Notes: generated by a model from the letters alone, not told the origin. Shown: positions 28,089 through 54,859, counted from the stretch's first letter. The stretch: DNA of 64,000 bases from the human T2T-CHM13v2.0 reference genome, Homo sapiens (GCF_009914755.1 NC_060938.1), one strand, 5' to 3'. Numbers and translations: made by a program.

Positions 28089-28333
28089 CAGGGTGTGTTT
28101 TGGTTAATATCCTTTAACCAAAATGCTGGGGACCCGGAGCATTTCAGATGTTGGATTCATTCAGATTTTTAAATATTTATGTTATATTTACCTGTTTAGC
28201 ATCCTTCCTAATCTGGAAATCCAAAATCCAAAATGCTCCAATGAGCATGTATTTCCTTTGCATGCCACGCTGGAGCTCAGGAAGTTTCAGATTTGAAGCA
28301 TTTTAGATTATCGGATTAAGGATGCTCAACCTG
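28089..28333. mobile_element. TcMar-Tigger MITE (Tigger4/MER46-like) inserted in an L1M fragment (about 28040-28590)
   Basis: Ends in ggatgctcaacctg with TA flanks; interrupts the L1M motif caaaggaccgcata/ctgcatgattccatt. Confidence 0.7.
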
Positions 28334-28583
28334 TACTGCATGATTCCATTCATATGAAACGTCCAGAATAGGCAAATCTACAGAGACAGAAAGTAGATCT
28401 GTGGCTGCCAGGCTCTGGAGGGTATGGAGGTTGTGGGGTGATGGCTAAGAGGTGCGGGCCTTTTTTTTGGGTGATAAAAATGTTCTAAAATTAACTGTGG
28501 CGGTGGATGTAACTGACAAGTCGGTGAAGGTACTGAAGCCACTGAATTGTATCCTTGAAATGGATGAATTGTACGCTGTGTGA

Positions 28584-28892
<309 letters not shown>

Positions 28893-29059
28893 TATCCCAA
28901 GTCATTTAAAAAATTATTTTGTACTGAATATATCTTGTGCCTATTATTAAATTAGAATCTACTAATTTGTTTCCACTTCCTAAGGTTTCCAACCCATGCT
29001 AATGAAAGATAGAAAGATGAGAATGTTTTAATACAACCATTGCCAGACCCAGGAGTTAC

Positions 29060-29256
29060 CTGTAGTTCTTGGTACAGTCTTTTTAACTCCACCGCCGCTG
29101 GTCCCGTCAATTTGCCATTGTAAGACTGGAACCCATTCAGTTTTCCTTTCTTTAAATCTTCCAATTGCTGACTAAGCTGATCAACCCTTAAAATTGCAGT
29201 CTGTACTTCCTGCTTCTTTTCCTGGAACATGGCACTGAACCTTTCTATTTCAGCAG
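29060..29256 (-). CDS. PPP1R13B: PPP1R13B exon 7 ([17 protein letters not shown]...LYQELQ)
   Basis: ttatag|CT ... CAG|gtaact; 197 nt; within ORF 28952..29272. Confidence 0.95.
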
Positions 29257-30130
29257 CTATAATTGACCACACAAGAAAAGAATAAAAGATTTAGTTGATC
29301 CTTTTTTTTTTTTCATTTCTATACACTGAACTTAATTCTAGTATCATTTAGTGCCAGACCGTGGAGAAAGCTGTGATATGCAGAATCCACAACACATTTC
29401 AAAAAGCCTTTGGGACACATGTATCTGATTACTCATAAAGCAAACAATTATATTTGCATTAATTCCCGACTATTCTTTAGGGTAATCAGTCCATAAGCTA
29501 GTTTGTTCAAGTGACTTAGAAATCTCTGAGACCAAAGGTTTTGTGAAGGCAGGGCCATCCAAGCCTCTCTCGTGCATCACTGTGACTTAAAGTAGGCACA
29601 GACTGAACCAATGAATAAAATAAGAGTTCATACAGAAAAAAAGTGAGCATCAGCATAACTTATCTTAATGCATGGATACAAGTTAAGTTATTCAAGAAAA
29701 ACAGACCCTCTGAATGAGTAAGTCTTGGAGCGCCCCACCCTAATCCAAAGGGCCGCTGGTACCAACGTAACAAGAGGATTTTTCTACTGCGTCTGAGGGC
29801 CGCAAGAGATCTTTTTATTTTTTTTTGAGACAGGGTCTCATTGTCATTCAGGCTGGGGAGCACTGGCCGGATCGTGGCTTACTGCAGCCTTGACCTCCCA
29901 GGCTCAAGCAATCCTCCCACCTCAGCCTCTCAAGTAGCTGGGACTACACAATTTTAAGATCACTTAACCTAACCCACCCATCCTTTTAGATGCAAATAAC
30001 AGAGCAAAACTTGAGCACACTTGCTATTTAGTCCTGTGAATTTGTGACTGAATTGTCAGGCAGTTAGACTATGTTTCACTGGATCTGGGCCTGGTGAGAG
30101 TGGTGTCGAGGGGGTGTTGCAGGCACGTAC

Positions 30131-31142
<1,012 letters not shown>

Positions 31143-32151
31143 TGAGAGAGGGTTTTCTTATTACACTCATCTACACCAGTTAATATAAGCACTTCTGCAG
31201 AAAACCTTCCAGCAGGAGAACATGCACTAACAGAGTCTCCTCTTCACTCTATCACATCCGTGATGTTCCAGTGAGCCTTACTTTCCTGGTGCAAGTAATA
31301 CATTTCCTGCTGCTACAAAGTGGCTTCCAAGAATCTAATTCATTTCCTAAAGGAAATGAACACTGACCAGCAGAGAATTTTACACTGAAAAGAGATAAAG
31401 GTGATCAGTAAAGAGATAAATCTTCAATTTGTTGTGATACTGAACAATCAAGGAAGTGTCTGCTTCTTCAGGATTATTTTCTTCAATAAGGAAACATTTT
31501 AGAGTCAAACAATACCAGAACAATCTAAAAATAAAAATATATGCAACATTCTTCAATAGGGTTTTCCCTATTAATGTGAAAACATACCTTAAAGAGTCAA
31601 CATTAAGTATTCATGATCCCATATGTATGCATAAAATACACCTACATAGGGAGAGGTTTAAGGTGTGATTATGAAGGCACTACATACTACACTCTAAGGT
31701 AAAACAATATGTGCTTAAATATTTAAGATGTAGCATTAACTTGTGATTCACATTACTGAAAATATCTATAACTATTTTGAACAGCAATACTCTTGGATCA
31801 ATATTTGGAAAAAAATAAAAAGCAGAATTAGAAAATTTTTACAATGACATAATACTATGTATATTTTATCTTAGAAATCTTATTAATGGGATAAAGTACT
31901 TTCCAATTGAACTTAACTTTTAATCATTTTCTCATAAATCCAATAAATATTGAGACAACTTTTTAAAACAAGTCCAACCCTAATTATTATTTACATAAAA
32001 GTGGATAGTACAATGAAGTATATACAGTCATTCAATAAATTTTAAAAAATCAGATTGGACATTTTAGTCATAAAGAAAATCTCTCTACAGAAGAAAGCAA
32101 TAAGAACCTAGTTGGTAATGTTTAAATGTTATCTTTAAAGCCAGTTTGGAA

Positions 32152-33438
<1,287 letters not shown>

Positions 33439-33715
33439 TGATTTTAATAAGGTCATCAGTTTCCTGTTTGGGGTGTCTATTGTATGTGTCAAAAGTGAGA
33501 TGCTCTTGTTCTGATAGCTTCCCAACTTCCAGAAACTACAGTATGCATATATTATTATGGAAGTGATAACAAAGAGAGAAAGACTGCATTTAGCACTCCT
33601 ATGGCATGGTCCTATTTTATAAGCGTTACCCAAGAATATATTAACCCCAGTCTAAAATGATGGTTAAAGAAGGTACTTTTTGAACAATGTTTCAATACCT
33701 CTTTTTATAACTTAC

Positions 33716-33817
33716 CTTGGCAACCAACATCTGCTGCTGATTTTCAATCTGCTGCTGTTGCCTAGCTGCCATATCTTGGAGCTCTGAGAGGGTAAGTTCA
33801 ACACGTGGATTCCCAAC
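33716..33817 (-). CDS. PPP1R13B: PPP1R13B exon 5 ([34 protein letters not shown])
   Basis: tttag|GTT ... AAG|gtaagt; 102 nt. Confidence 0.95.
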
Positions 33818-34973
33818 CTAAACAAAAAGCACTTATTTTGGAACATAAGTTTATCTGCATAATTGTCTGTCTCTAGTGTCAAAACTCACACATATCAGGA
33901 CTTTAGATAGGATCCCTAGTAGTGAGGAGAGTACCAACTAGTTTATTTTCTTGTAAGAACTTTTCCTAATTGTTGACTGCTTTTATGAAATATAAATAAC
34001 TGTTTTTCTAATGCATAAACATCAGATACCGTATTTAGTAAGGGCTCAAGTTTAAGCAAACATTTGCAAATGTGTATTATGAGTGACATTCCTCCTTCTG
34101 GAATGACAATTTAGTAGGTATATTTGAGCAAATGGGGCTGTCAAATGTTTAAGGATACACAACCAAAAATATAAATATGCAGGTAACGCCTAAGAACAAA
34201 TGTCATCTCACTATCACCTGATCTCAGGAAATGAAAATACGTAACAGATTCTAATATATGAATAACTCACTAAAAACACCATATGCATGACTTACATGAA
34301 GAACACATCATCCGAGAGAATTACATATGTGAAATCAACATGCAAAGTAACATCTAGATGAATGCAGTTGGCTGTTTCTCCATTCTCCAATCTCTGTCAA
34401 TGATGCCCTGAACTAAACACTTTACATATATGACCCATTTCGGCCTCAGAATGACCAATGAGGTGGGTACTGTTACATCCCTGTTTTACAGATAAGAAAA
34501 CAAGCACAGGGCAGTCAGCTTGCGAGGCAAAGCAGAGACACAGAGTCTATGTTCTCGACTGTTCCTCACAGTTCATTACTTACTAAGCCCACACCACGTG
34601 CACTGTGTACTGTGACAGACATGCTATGAGCATTGTGCCATATGCTCTTCAAAACAAATCTGCATGGGGTTGTGGGGGTTATGTGAGCCCCCACTCTGGG
34701 TGAGGAGCTATGGGGGTGAGGGGAAGGAGCATGCCTAGAGGCACGCAGCTCATTAAAGCCCTAGAGCTCCATTCTCACAAGCCCATCTCCAAACCCTTCA
34801 GTTCTGAGCAGGGAGGCCACACAGTTCCTCCTCAAGCTCCCACGTTCTACTTCTAGGTTCATATATACTCTTAGGATACCTTCACCTTCTGCCACCCTTA
34901 AACCTCTTATAATTCTTAATAGTCAGTTACAGTTCCTGTTCCTCCAGCTCCATGTCTTCCCAAACTTTTATGA

Positions 34974-35672
<699 letters not shown>

Positions 35673-37087
35673 TAAACACTTTTTGACTAGAGTAAAACTA
35701 TGTCTATTCAACAAATCTTTCAATTAACATTAATTTTATAATTTCACAACTTGAAGAAAAAAAAAAATCAAAAACTACCTTTCTGGTCTCCCCCACCAAA
35801 GGCTTCACAAAACAATGAAAAGAGGATAGAAGAGAAATTTAACTGTCTGGTGTTCTGATGTTTATATCTATGAATAAGATAGAGCTTATTAAAATATTTT
35901 ACTTACCTAAACCAAAAAGTATTTTATTTGCCAATACATACATTTATACTCTTTATGTTGCGTGTGTTTTTCTAAGTACAAAATTAAGATACGCCATCTT
36001 GTCATAGGTAATTCATTGTATCTTATACATCAACTTATAATGTAATGAAATTTTATGGAAGATCTTACATATAGAAAGGTGTAATAAATCATTATGTACA
36101 GCTGAATGAATTATTTCAAAGTGAATATGCCTGTGTGATTTAATTGTATTTAAATGGGTTATAAAAACATAAGCTACCATAAACCTGTAAGTCAACAAAT
36201 ATGTAACAATTTACATTTCAGTAATTGTGCAATGTGAAAATTTGGGAAAAAAAGAAGCACTTTTTCCACAATTTCAAAGAAAATGAAAACTCTTCAATGC
36301 AAACTGGATTTTTTAATAATAGGCCTATCACTGTATTACATGCAAACTATCCCTACTTACAATTTTAAATTTTTTATACAAACTCAATTTATTCAAACAA
36401 ACCTATTACCTAATTCTTCCCTATTTCTCTTCATTGATTGCATCTAATAAGAAGAAGTCAAACCCTGTTCCCTCAGGCAATTCAAGGTCCCTAATTATGG
36501 TAGAGTTGTCGGATGAGTTCAGCTCCAGGTCACACAGTGCACAAGCCACTTCCAACAACTAAGTTAAATTAGCAGAAAAGTTTTCTCAGCAACAGTCAGG
36601 CAGGTGCCTACAAATACGGGACCCCCAAAAAGGAAACATCCCACCAGCCTTAAACCTGCTCCGATGATCCCTTCGGCAGGGACTACCACCTGTGGCCCCA
36701 GGGATCCAGATCTCCTCCAACACCGATGTTCACTACCTGAACTCTGGGTTCCAGGAACACTGTTTCTGCTACTCATGAACCCAGCTCACTCTCCAGCCTC
36801 ACGGCAACATCACTTGTTTTCCACAATAAACACGGCCCACCCCGCCTCAGGTCTAGCTAGCCTCCCACCCTGACCCCAGCATGAGCAGAGGGAAATAGTT
36901 TTTATTATCACTTATCTGATCATATCACTGCCTTCTTTCTCCAAACTTCCACAAATCTACTTGCAGAAATAAGAGACTTCATTAGCTGGCTTACAAAATT
37001 TTTATAAACAAAATATTTGTCTCTCCAAATATTAGTAATAAGGCTAGTCTTACATTCTATTTAATGTACTATTGAAATATTTTGCTA

Positions 37088-37908
<821 letters not shown>

Positions 37909-38489
37909 TCAGGCAAATATACATACTAATTTAGTCAACCCAATTGTTCCTAGTCAGAGAACAGACTCTGGTACAGATTTGAATTTTGTGTCATGCTTGG
38001 ATAAACCCAAAATATTCTGCTTTTGCTTGGCATACATATGCCAATTGCCTCAGAGGCAGGGGAGCATCTTCGACGCCTGTTTTGTTGTGCACATGTGCTG
38101 GCTCTACCTGCTCTGAAGTGCTCTCTTGTTTAGCTTTTGTGACCCTGAAGTGCTTTCCTGTCCTATAACTTTATTTTTATTATAAGTTCAGTCACAGTGC
38201 AATCTCCCCAAACAGCATCATCATAACCCAGAGAAGAGAGAGAACATGTATATGTTTAAAGGAGCTAAGCTACAGCGTAAACGATGGAGGTTTAACTATG
38301 AATGGTGCTTTTTCCTTCAATGCCTAACATACATTCCTTTGTGATTACAAAATCAGTTAATAGAAAAGACTAGTGGATTTTGTCAGCAATTAAACATCTA
38401 CTGGCAAATGGGTCACTTCAGATGTCCCTAATCTTGATATGCTGATTTTAATATTCAGCCAAATTACTTCATTATGGTTATAATAGGCA

Positions 38490-38678
38490 AGAACATCTCA
38501 CATCGGGGTCTGTTGTGGGGTGGGGGGAGGGGAGAGGGACAGCATTAGGAGATACACCTAATGTTAAATGACGAGTTAATGGGTGCAGCACACCAACATG
38601 GCACATGTATACATACGTAACAAACCTGCATGTTGTGCACATGTACCCTAAAACTTAAAGTATTAAAAAAAAAAAAAA
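38490..38678 (+). mobile_element. 5'-truncated L1PA 3' end with poly(A) tail
   Basis: Canonical L1PA 3'UTR (G-rich tract, gggtgcagcacaccaacatggcacatgtatac...cctaaaacttaaagta) plus A-tail; possible TSD aagaaCAtc/aagaaTGtc. Confidence 0.9.
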
Positions 38679-39699
38679 GAATGTCACCATAATAATATTT
38701 GGAATAGGCAGCCACTGCTGCAGCCTCTGGAAGCCTGAAAAACGGGAACCAAGAGCAAGAGAACGACTCAGTCCCTGGGTGTCGGCGGTGGCCGTGGGGG
38801 TGAGACGGATGGGGGTGGAGGCGCTGCTGCTGTGGGGGCAGGTGGTGGCGGCGGCCGCCCGCTCCAGCCATGCTGAATAAAAACAGGAAGGAGAAAGAAT
38901 CACCAAAAGCAGGGAAGAGTGGAAAAAGTTCAAAAGAAGGACAAGACACAGTGGAATCACAGCAAATTTCCATCAGGACAAACAGCCTTGTTGCTGTCCC
39001 CGTCTACAGTATCTGCTAAATAAAAGTACCAGCCTCTCAGCCCATAGTGAAGAAAGACAAACGGCAAAATTCTTCAAGGTTTAGTGCAAGCAATAATAGA
39101 GAACTTCAAAAACTACCATCCTTAAAAGATTCGTTGTCACCAGCACTTTGTGAAGGTTCCTGGGGTGGCCTGGAGCAGCTTTTCCCGCAGCTCCCTCACA
39201 CTGCCACCTTATGACAGGGATAATGAGATGGACCCGGATTTCAGAAACAATAAAATGTGGAATGTGTCCATGAAATAGGGTTGAAAGGTTGACTTGGAAC
39301 TCAGTGGGCCTGTTGCTTTTCTCTATGAAACGTCTGTAGCTTCTTAGCACAGTGCGTCCATTTAGAAAGGGGGGTCTGTTAACTAGTACATGGTCATTGT
39401 TTAATGCACCTTTTAATCTCTTCCTTATCAGTGGCGGTTATGTCTCCTTATAAGTTCATTTATTCTTTTGACTGTTCTGTTTGTGTTCAGTATTATTCAT
39501 CTGTACTTTTATCTTTAATTATCCTATGTCTTTTATTTTAACCTTTTCTTCATTTATTAAGTTGAATAGAGAGTTGACTTATTTTTAGTTTGCTTTTTAA
39601 TAATAAAAGAATTTAAAGCCACGTATTCATTCTGAGTATAACTTTCAGCCCTATCCCTAGATTTTATTTTTTCCTTAACTTTTCGAGTCACAGGCTTTT

Positions 39700-40560
39700 C
39701 TTTTTTAGAGTTAATTGAGGCATAATTTACATATCCTAAAATTCACCCATTGTAACTGGAAAATTTAGTTATTTTAGCAAATACATAGAGTTGTGCAACC
39801 ATCACCACAACTCTGTTTTAGAATGTTTCCATCTGCCTCCAAAAGTTACCTCATGCCATTCACCATTAATTTCCACTCTGGGCCCCAGCTGCAGGCACCC
39901 ACTGATCTGCTTTCTGTCTCTAGACTTACTTTCTTCCGGACGCTTCATATAAGTGAAGTCATACCATAGGTAGTCTTTCACACCTGCTGTGAGGTTTTTG
40001 AGGTTCATCTGTGTTGAGTGGTTTCTTTTTAATGCTGCATCATATTCAGTCAGATGGATACACCACAATTTGTTTATCCATTCACCAGTTAATGGACATT
40101 TGGGCTATTTCTTAGCTGGTATGAGTAACAGTGCTGCTGTGCACATTTGCATAGAAGTCTGTGCGAGCAGATATTTCATTTCTCTTGAGTAGATACCTAG
40201 GAGTGGAATTCCTGGCTTGTATGGTGAGTTTATGTTTAGCTTTTTAAGAGACTGCCAAACTGTTTTCCAAAGCGATTGCACTATTTTACATTTCCACCAG
40301 CAATGGACACCAGTGTGTCCACATTCTTGCTAATATTTGTCTTTTTGCTTATAGCTTAATTCTTGTGGATGTGTAATGGTGTCTCACTGTGGTTTCAATT
40401 TGCGTTTCCCCAATGACTGGAAATGTTAAGCATCTTTTCATATGCCTGTTAGCCACTTGTCTCTCTTCTTTGATGAGATGTCTATTTTTAAGTTGGTTGT
40501 CTTCTTCTTGTTGAATTGTAACAGTATGTTATCCCAGATATGAGTCCTTTATCAGAAAAT
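39700..40560 (-). mobile_element. Old L1M-type 3' fragments, carried inside the retrocopy terminal exon
   Basis: Typical antisense L1M motifs (ttaattgaggcataatttacata, tatccattcaccagttaatggacatttggg, ctgccaaactgttttccaaag). Confidence 0.75.
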
Positions 40561-40871
40561 ACAATGAAAATAAATTATTATAGAAGTACAAAATACATCC
40601 ACAATGTTAATTATTGTAGTCAGTAGACATAAAATTACCCTGTTAAGTTGATATGAAAGTTTCAAAATGCTTATTCTCAATTTCTGTTATTCATTGCAAA
40701 TCTTCAGATTTGTCTATATGTGTTAAACATTTCTTTTGAGCTTTTAATTTCAGGGTTTTTTTTTCATTTGTGAAAGTTCTGTTTGGTTCCTTTTTCGGTC
40801 TGCAGTGCCATTTTAAAATATTTTCCTATTCTCTTGAACATACCAACAAAACTTGTCATTTATTTAAATAA

Positions 40872-41184
<313 letters not shown>

Positions 41185-42016
41185 AACACAGCTGTTCTAT
41201 AGCCTGTGTCAGGTCATACCAGTATCTGAGGTGTTTGTCACATTTTGTTCGTGATGTCTTATTTCCTTGTGTACGTGATTTTTAAAAATTGTATACTGGT
41301 CATTGTATTCAGATTATTTGAAATAAACTGTAACCTAGAATCAAAAAAATATATATTATTTGGAATAAAAAATTCCCTAAGCTTTCAAGCTCCAGTGAGA
41401 TGACATGAAATAGTTCAACAGTTTCATGCTCGTTCCTTTTTGCACTTAGTTTATAGGAGAACACACCTTGCCAAAACATCCACTTCTGGCCTCTCTCCAC
41501 CAAACTCCTCTCTCTCCTTCCAAGCCTGGCTTCCTCCCTAAATTCCCTATTTCTATGAATGGCTCTCGCCTTTTTCCAGAAGCCTCAGCAGCAACATCTT
41601 TGATTGAGCCATCCTTGCCCTAAATAAAGGCTGCTGCTCGAAAGTGCTCTTCATGACCTCCCACATCTGTGCTTGCCACTCCGTTCTAGAACCAACACTT
41701 TCCTGTGAGCATATTTCACTCATGCTCTTCCCGCTGCCCACAGTGCCCTTCCCCCACTGCTTCCTAAACTCTGCCTATCACTTAAGACCTAGGAGGCAAT
41801 GCCATCTGCTTCCTGAAGTTCTTCCTGATTCTTTAAGGACTCTCTCATACCATTGTTTTGATATTCAGGATGTTTATTCACTTTCAGAGATGGGAAGAAC
41901 TCAGTACTTTTTAAAATGAATTCTTGAATTCATTCTAGAGATTCAGCAATTAACATGTAATGAATGCCTGCTGCATATCAGACATTTACATATACCCAAG
42001 TTTACAGTTGTCTTAG

Positions 42017-43410
<1,394 letters not shown>

Positions 43411-44193
43411 CTGAAAATCTATAAATTACCATTTAGAAGAAAAACTGGATGCCTTTTCTGCTTATATCACCATACCCTTGAAACTGTATTTTCAAATACT
43501 TCCTTTGAAAGTCTCTGAGATTCCAGGAGTTGTGACACCATTGCAAAGCACAGCAAACAATGACCTCACAAGGCTCGTCTCCAGTCTCATTCCCGTCCTG
43601 CTCTTTATCTCCCACTGCTGATATATAATTCTTGCAGGCCAGCACCACAGAGATCTTTCTAAAACACAGCTTGCTTAAAATCCCACAAGATTAATCTGAG
43701 CTCTTAGCATGGTGAAGACCTGGCCTCTCCCAGGCTGGTCCTCTTGCTCTCGCTCTCCTCCCTCTCCGTGTCCCCTCTCAGTGTCTCCTCCCCCTTGCCT
43801 GTCCCTACACTTCATGCTGCACAGTCCTGTTTATAACTCTCTGTCACCATACAGTTTCATGTCTATTCCTCTGTATCTTTGTGGAATCCTCTGATTCTTT
43901 CTTTTGGGAAGTATTGCCCAACATCAATCTTGATAAAGTTAATCATACCCCTTTATTTTGGTGCCTTATTCCACTTTTACTACACTTTTCATACTAGCAT
44001 GATTTGTTCACACATCTGTCTCCAAAAATGCCCTTTCTTTCTCTATAAAATCTGAGAGGAGACTTCAGGTGGCCTCCACTAACCATCTTGCTTTTATGTC
44101 TTTATTCTGTCTACAATTAAAATAAGTTGCATAGAATTGTTTTAAAAATAATAGAGAAATTCTAAGCCTCCGTGGTAGTCACCTGAGTGTCTT

Positions 44194-44945
<752 letters not shown>

Positions 44946-45159
44946 CTCAGTATCTCTTTAAACTGTACATGTTTTATACATGTACATATATTTCTGTGTA
45001 TATATTTCACAATAAAGAATAGAAAAAAATTAGACCAAATGTCTAGTATCTTATCTTGTAATTTAATCATCACAAGATTTAAAAAGACTATAAATATTTT
45101 TAGCAGTTTACAGAAAATGTCTTTAAATTTGTCTTTGTTTTACTTCCACACTGCACTGA

Positions 45160-46605
<1,446 letters not shown>

Positions 46606-47550
46606 TCATCCATATCCATTCAATTCAATACACATTTATACCCAAGGCAAGATGCTAGGAATAATTAGGGCTAGAAAGAAACTGGCAGGAAAATGGGCTA
46701 TCAAAGTGCACAGATAACAACAGAAAACGCATCCCATGCCACATGAGAACTATGACAACACCCTGGGAGCGCTCTGCTTCCAACCTCATGGCTGACAGGA
46801 CACCCTGTATCACACTCCTGGTAACAACACCTAAAAGGCAAGATAAAACACAAAACATGTTTTTAAAAGCATCACTGAGTTGGCACAACAGTAAGGAAAC
46901 TACAGGGACCAAAAATAAAGAGAAACCAGAAACCTTGGGCAATAATAAAAGAACTCCACAGCTGGCTTTTGTCCTGAAGGTTTTTGCCCACCTGCATACT
47001 TGCTCCCTGGCAGCTGGTGAAGTCTGGCATTAGGAGGTAAAGACTTAAGCTCATTCCATTGTGGAGAGTCCAAGAGGAGATGCCCACAAACGTCCAGGAT
47101 GCGAAGACCTACAACCTCAATGTAAGGCTAACTATGAAATGAACCCCCCAACAGAAGGGGGCAGTAAGGAACCTACCTTTCTCTATCACTGAGTGGAAGG
47201 AGAGACGGCCCCCTAACTATCTGTAACCACTAGACAGCTCTCATGAAAGCGTCATGATCCACAAAAGGACAGTAGAAATTGAGCCTAGCTTGTGCCTAGT
47301 TACTGACAAAGGCCTTTCAGGAAAGGCCTGACTTTATCCAGGTGTCAAAAAATGCCCAGAGGTAAAGTTCCAAGGAAAACGAGCAGCTCATTGTCAAAAA
47401 CCAAAACACAGAGCAATCAAGGAGCCAGGACTCAACAGTCAGCAGAAGTCACGTTCAGATTGAGAAATTATTAGTTGCTGAACATAAAATATGTTTAGTG
47501 TGTTTAAAATGTAACCAAAGAGCAACTAAGAAGATTTAAGAACTAACACT

Positions 47551-50280
<2,730 letters not shown>

Positions 50281-50379
50281 AGGAGGGTAGGATCAATTGG
50301 TCTTGGCAACTTACTGGATATCCTAGAATAAAGCAAAAACTGACTCAGATTTTAAACCTGCTTGGCTGAGAAGACAGGA

Positions 50380-50536
50380 AAAAGTTCTTCCAGGACACCT
50401 AAGTCGAATGTGTCTTTCCTCTTTGCTGATCTGGCTCTGAATCCTTTCACTGTAGCAACTCAAGAGAACTCTATGCTTAGTCCTGAGTGGTCCTAGCAAA
50501 CCACGGAACCTGGGGACATCTTGGAAGCTTCAACAC
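50380..50536 (+). mobile_element. MER21-like ERVL LTR 3' fragment
   Basis: tatgcttagtcctgagtggtcctagcaaaccacggaacctgggg...caacaca resembles the MER21 LTR end. Confidence 0.5.
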
Positions 50537-51211
50537 AGGCATATATAATGAGAACAAATCAATTTGCCTTTATAGCATAATGACAAACCAGCACAGTAGT
50601 ATTAACCTGACTTGCTGGCCTACAATTTTCAGAGAGCAGAACTTCCCCGGCTTCTTAGTTCAGCAGCTGCTGATGGACATCAATCACACCAACTCAGCAT
50701 CCTGCCCTTCTCTTCCAACCCACACTCCCCCCTTTCCTCACAGCTCTCCTTAATCTATCCTTAGATGTCTCAGCCCAGAAGTTAGAAGGCTTATTAGCAT
50801 GTCATTATTCTATAACCAAGGTATACACAGAAACATTTTGGGGGAAGATGTTTTTCATATCTTAAAATGCACGTAAAACTGCTCTGTAGACAATAAAGTG
50901 TTTTAGAAGGTAACGTATTATTAAGCTTAAAAGGTAGATGTGTAAGCCATAAAATACAGTAACATCTTTGATGTGATGCTTCCAATCCTAAATTATTCCT
51001 CTAGAGGAGCTCTCATACCTTCCTCTAATTACAAGCCACATAAAGGATAAAAACACATTTTTCACTTTGGTTTCAGGTTTCAATTTTGTTGATCTTGAAA
51101 TATACACATTATCTCCTTATTAACAAGAAAAAACTTCATCAAGGAAAAGGTCTCATCACATCAAAACTGGTCTACCCAATTTATCATACATTTGGAATGC
51201 TTTCCTTTTGA

Positions 51212-51760
<549 letters not shown>

Positions 51761-52216
51761 TAGTCACATGGGGAGTTTTCTAGGCCCCACTCCAGATTTA
51801 CTGAATGAAAATTTCTACCAGTGGTGTGTGTGCGTCTATTTCTTAAGACGTCCTGAAGCAGATCCGCCTGGAAGAACTCTGTAGAGGCTCTTGATTTGCA
51901 GTGGACAAATCTCTACTCCAATGACAGAAGGCAGGAATGTGAAGAGGGAGAATCTATAATCTTAACAACAGGAATATTTCTCCCTGAGTGGCAGAAGGAT
52001 TATGATATTGAAACCAAAGAGAAGAAAATATAATCTAGTATACCACATGGCTCTGCAGTGGATAATACCTGCAAAATCTAAAATAATGAAACTGCTAAAT
52101 GGTTTTCAACTTTATAACCAATCTACAGACAAAGCACAAAAGGTTTATAGTTAGATAACAATATACAAATATTGTCAACCTTTACAACATGAAAGTCCGG
52201 TACAGCTGCAAGAGCT

Positions 52217-52353
52217 GGAAGGAAGGAAGGAAGGGAGGAAGGGAAGGAGGGAGGGAGGGAGGGAGGGAGGGAGGGAGGGAGGGAGGGAGGGAGGGAGGAA
52301 GGAAGGAAGGAAGGAAGGAAGGAAGGAAGGAAGGAAGGAAGGAAGGAAGGAAA
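52217..52353. repeat. Polypurine microsatellite: (GGGA)n followed by 14 consecutive GGAA units (52297-52352)
   Basis: Read directly from the sequence. Confidence 0.95.
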
Positions 52354-52703
52354 GATGGCAGGGGCCTAATATTATCATTTTACAAAGAGCAAGGTCCAGA
52401 GATACTGTTTAAAGTTGATAGTACAAATAAACAGAGATTTAAGTATATGAGGTAGGGTCACAAATATAGCCAATAAAAGAACTAGCAATTCAATAATAAG
52501 TTGGGAAGTAGAGAGGTGAAATAACTTGCTCAAATTCAGCTCATTAGAAAGCTCCGAGGCCAGTGGGCTAAACATGGGCCAGTCACACTCTAGATTCCAT
52601 GCACTTTACCAGTATCTCACCATGCCCAGCCCTGTGTGAGGAAGGAACTTGCCTAAGCTTAGATGCCTAGTTAGTGTTACAGCCAGAAAAAGAAACTCAA
52701 TCA

Positions 52704-54820
<2,117 letters not shown>

Positions 54821-54859
54821 ATCAATTTTTAAAATTCAATTTAATTCACTGTCACTTAC

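Noticed and set aside
38545-38973. 142-aa - strand His/Pro-rich ORF
   Set aside because: It is the antisense reading of the retrocopy 5' end running into an L1 tail, not an independent gene.
52175-52455. ORFs with LPSF or GREG repeats
   Set aside because: Translations of the GGAA/GGGA microsatellite.
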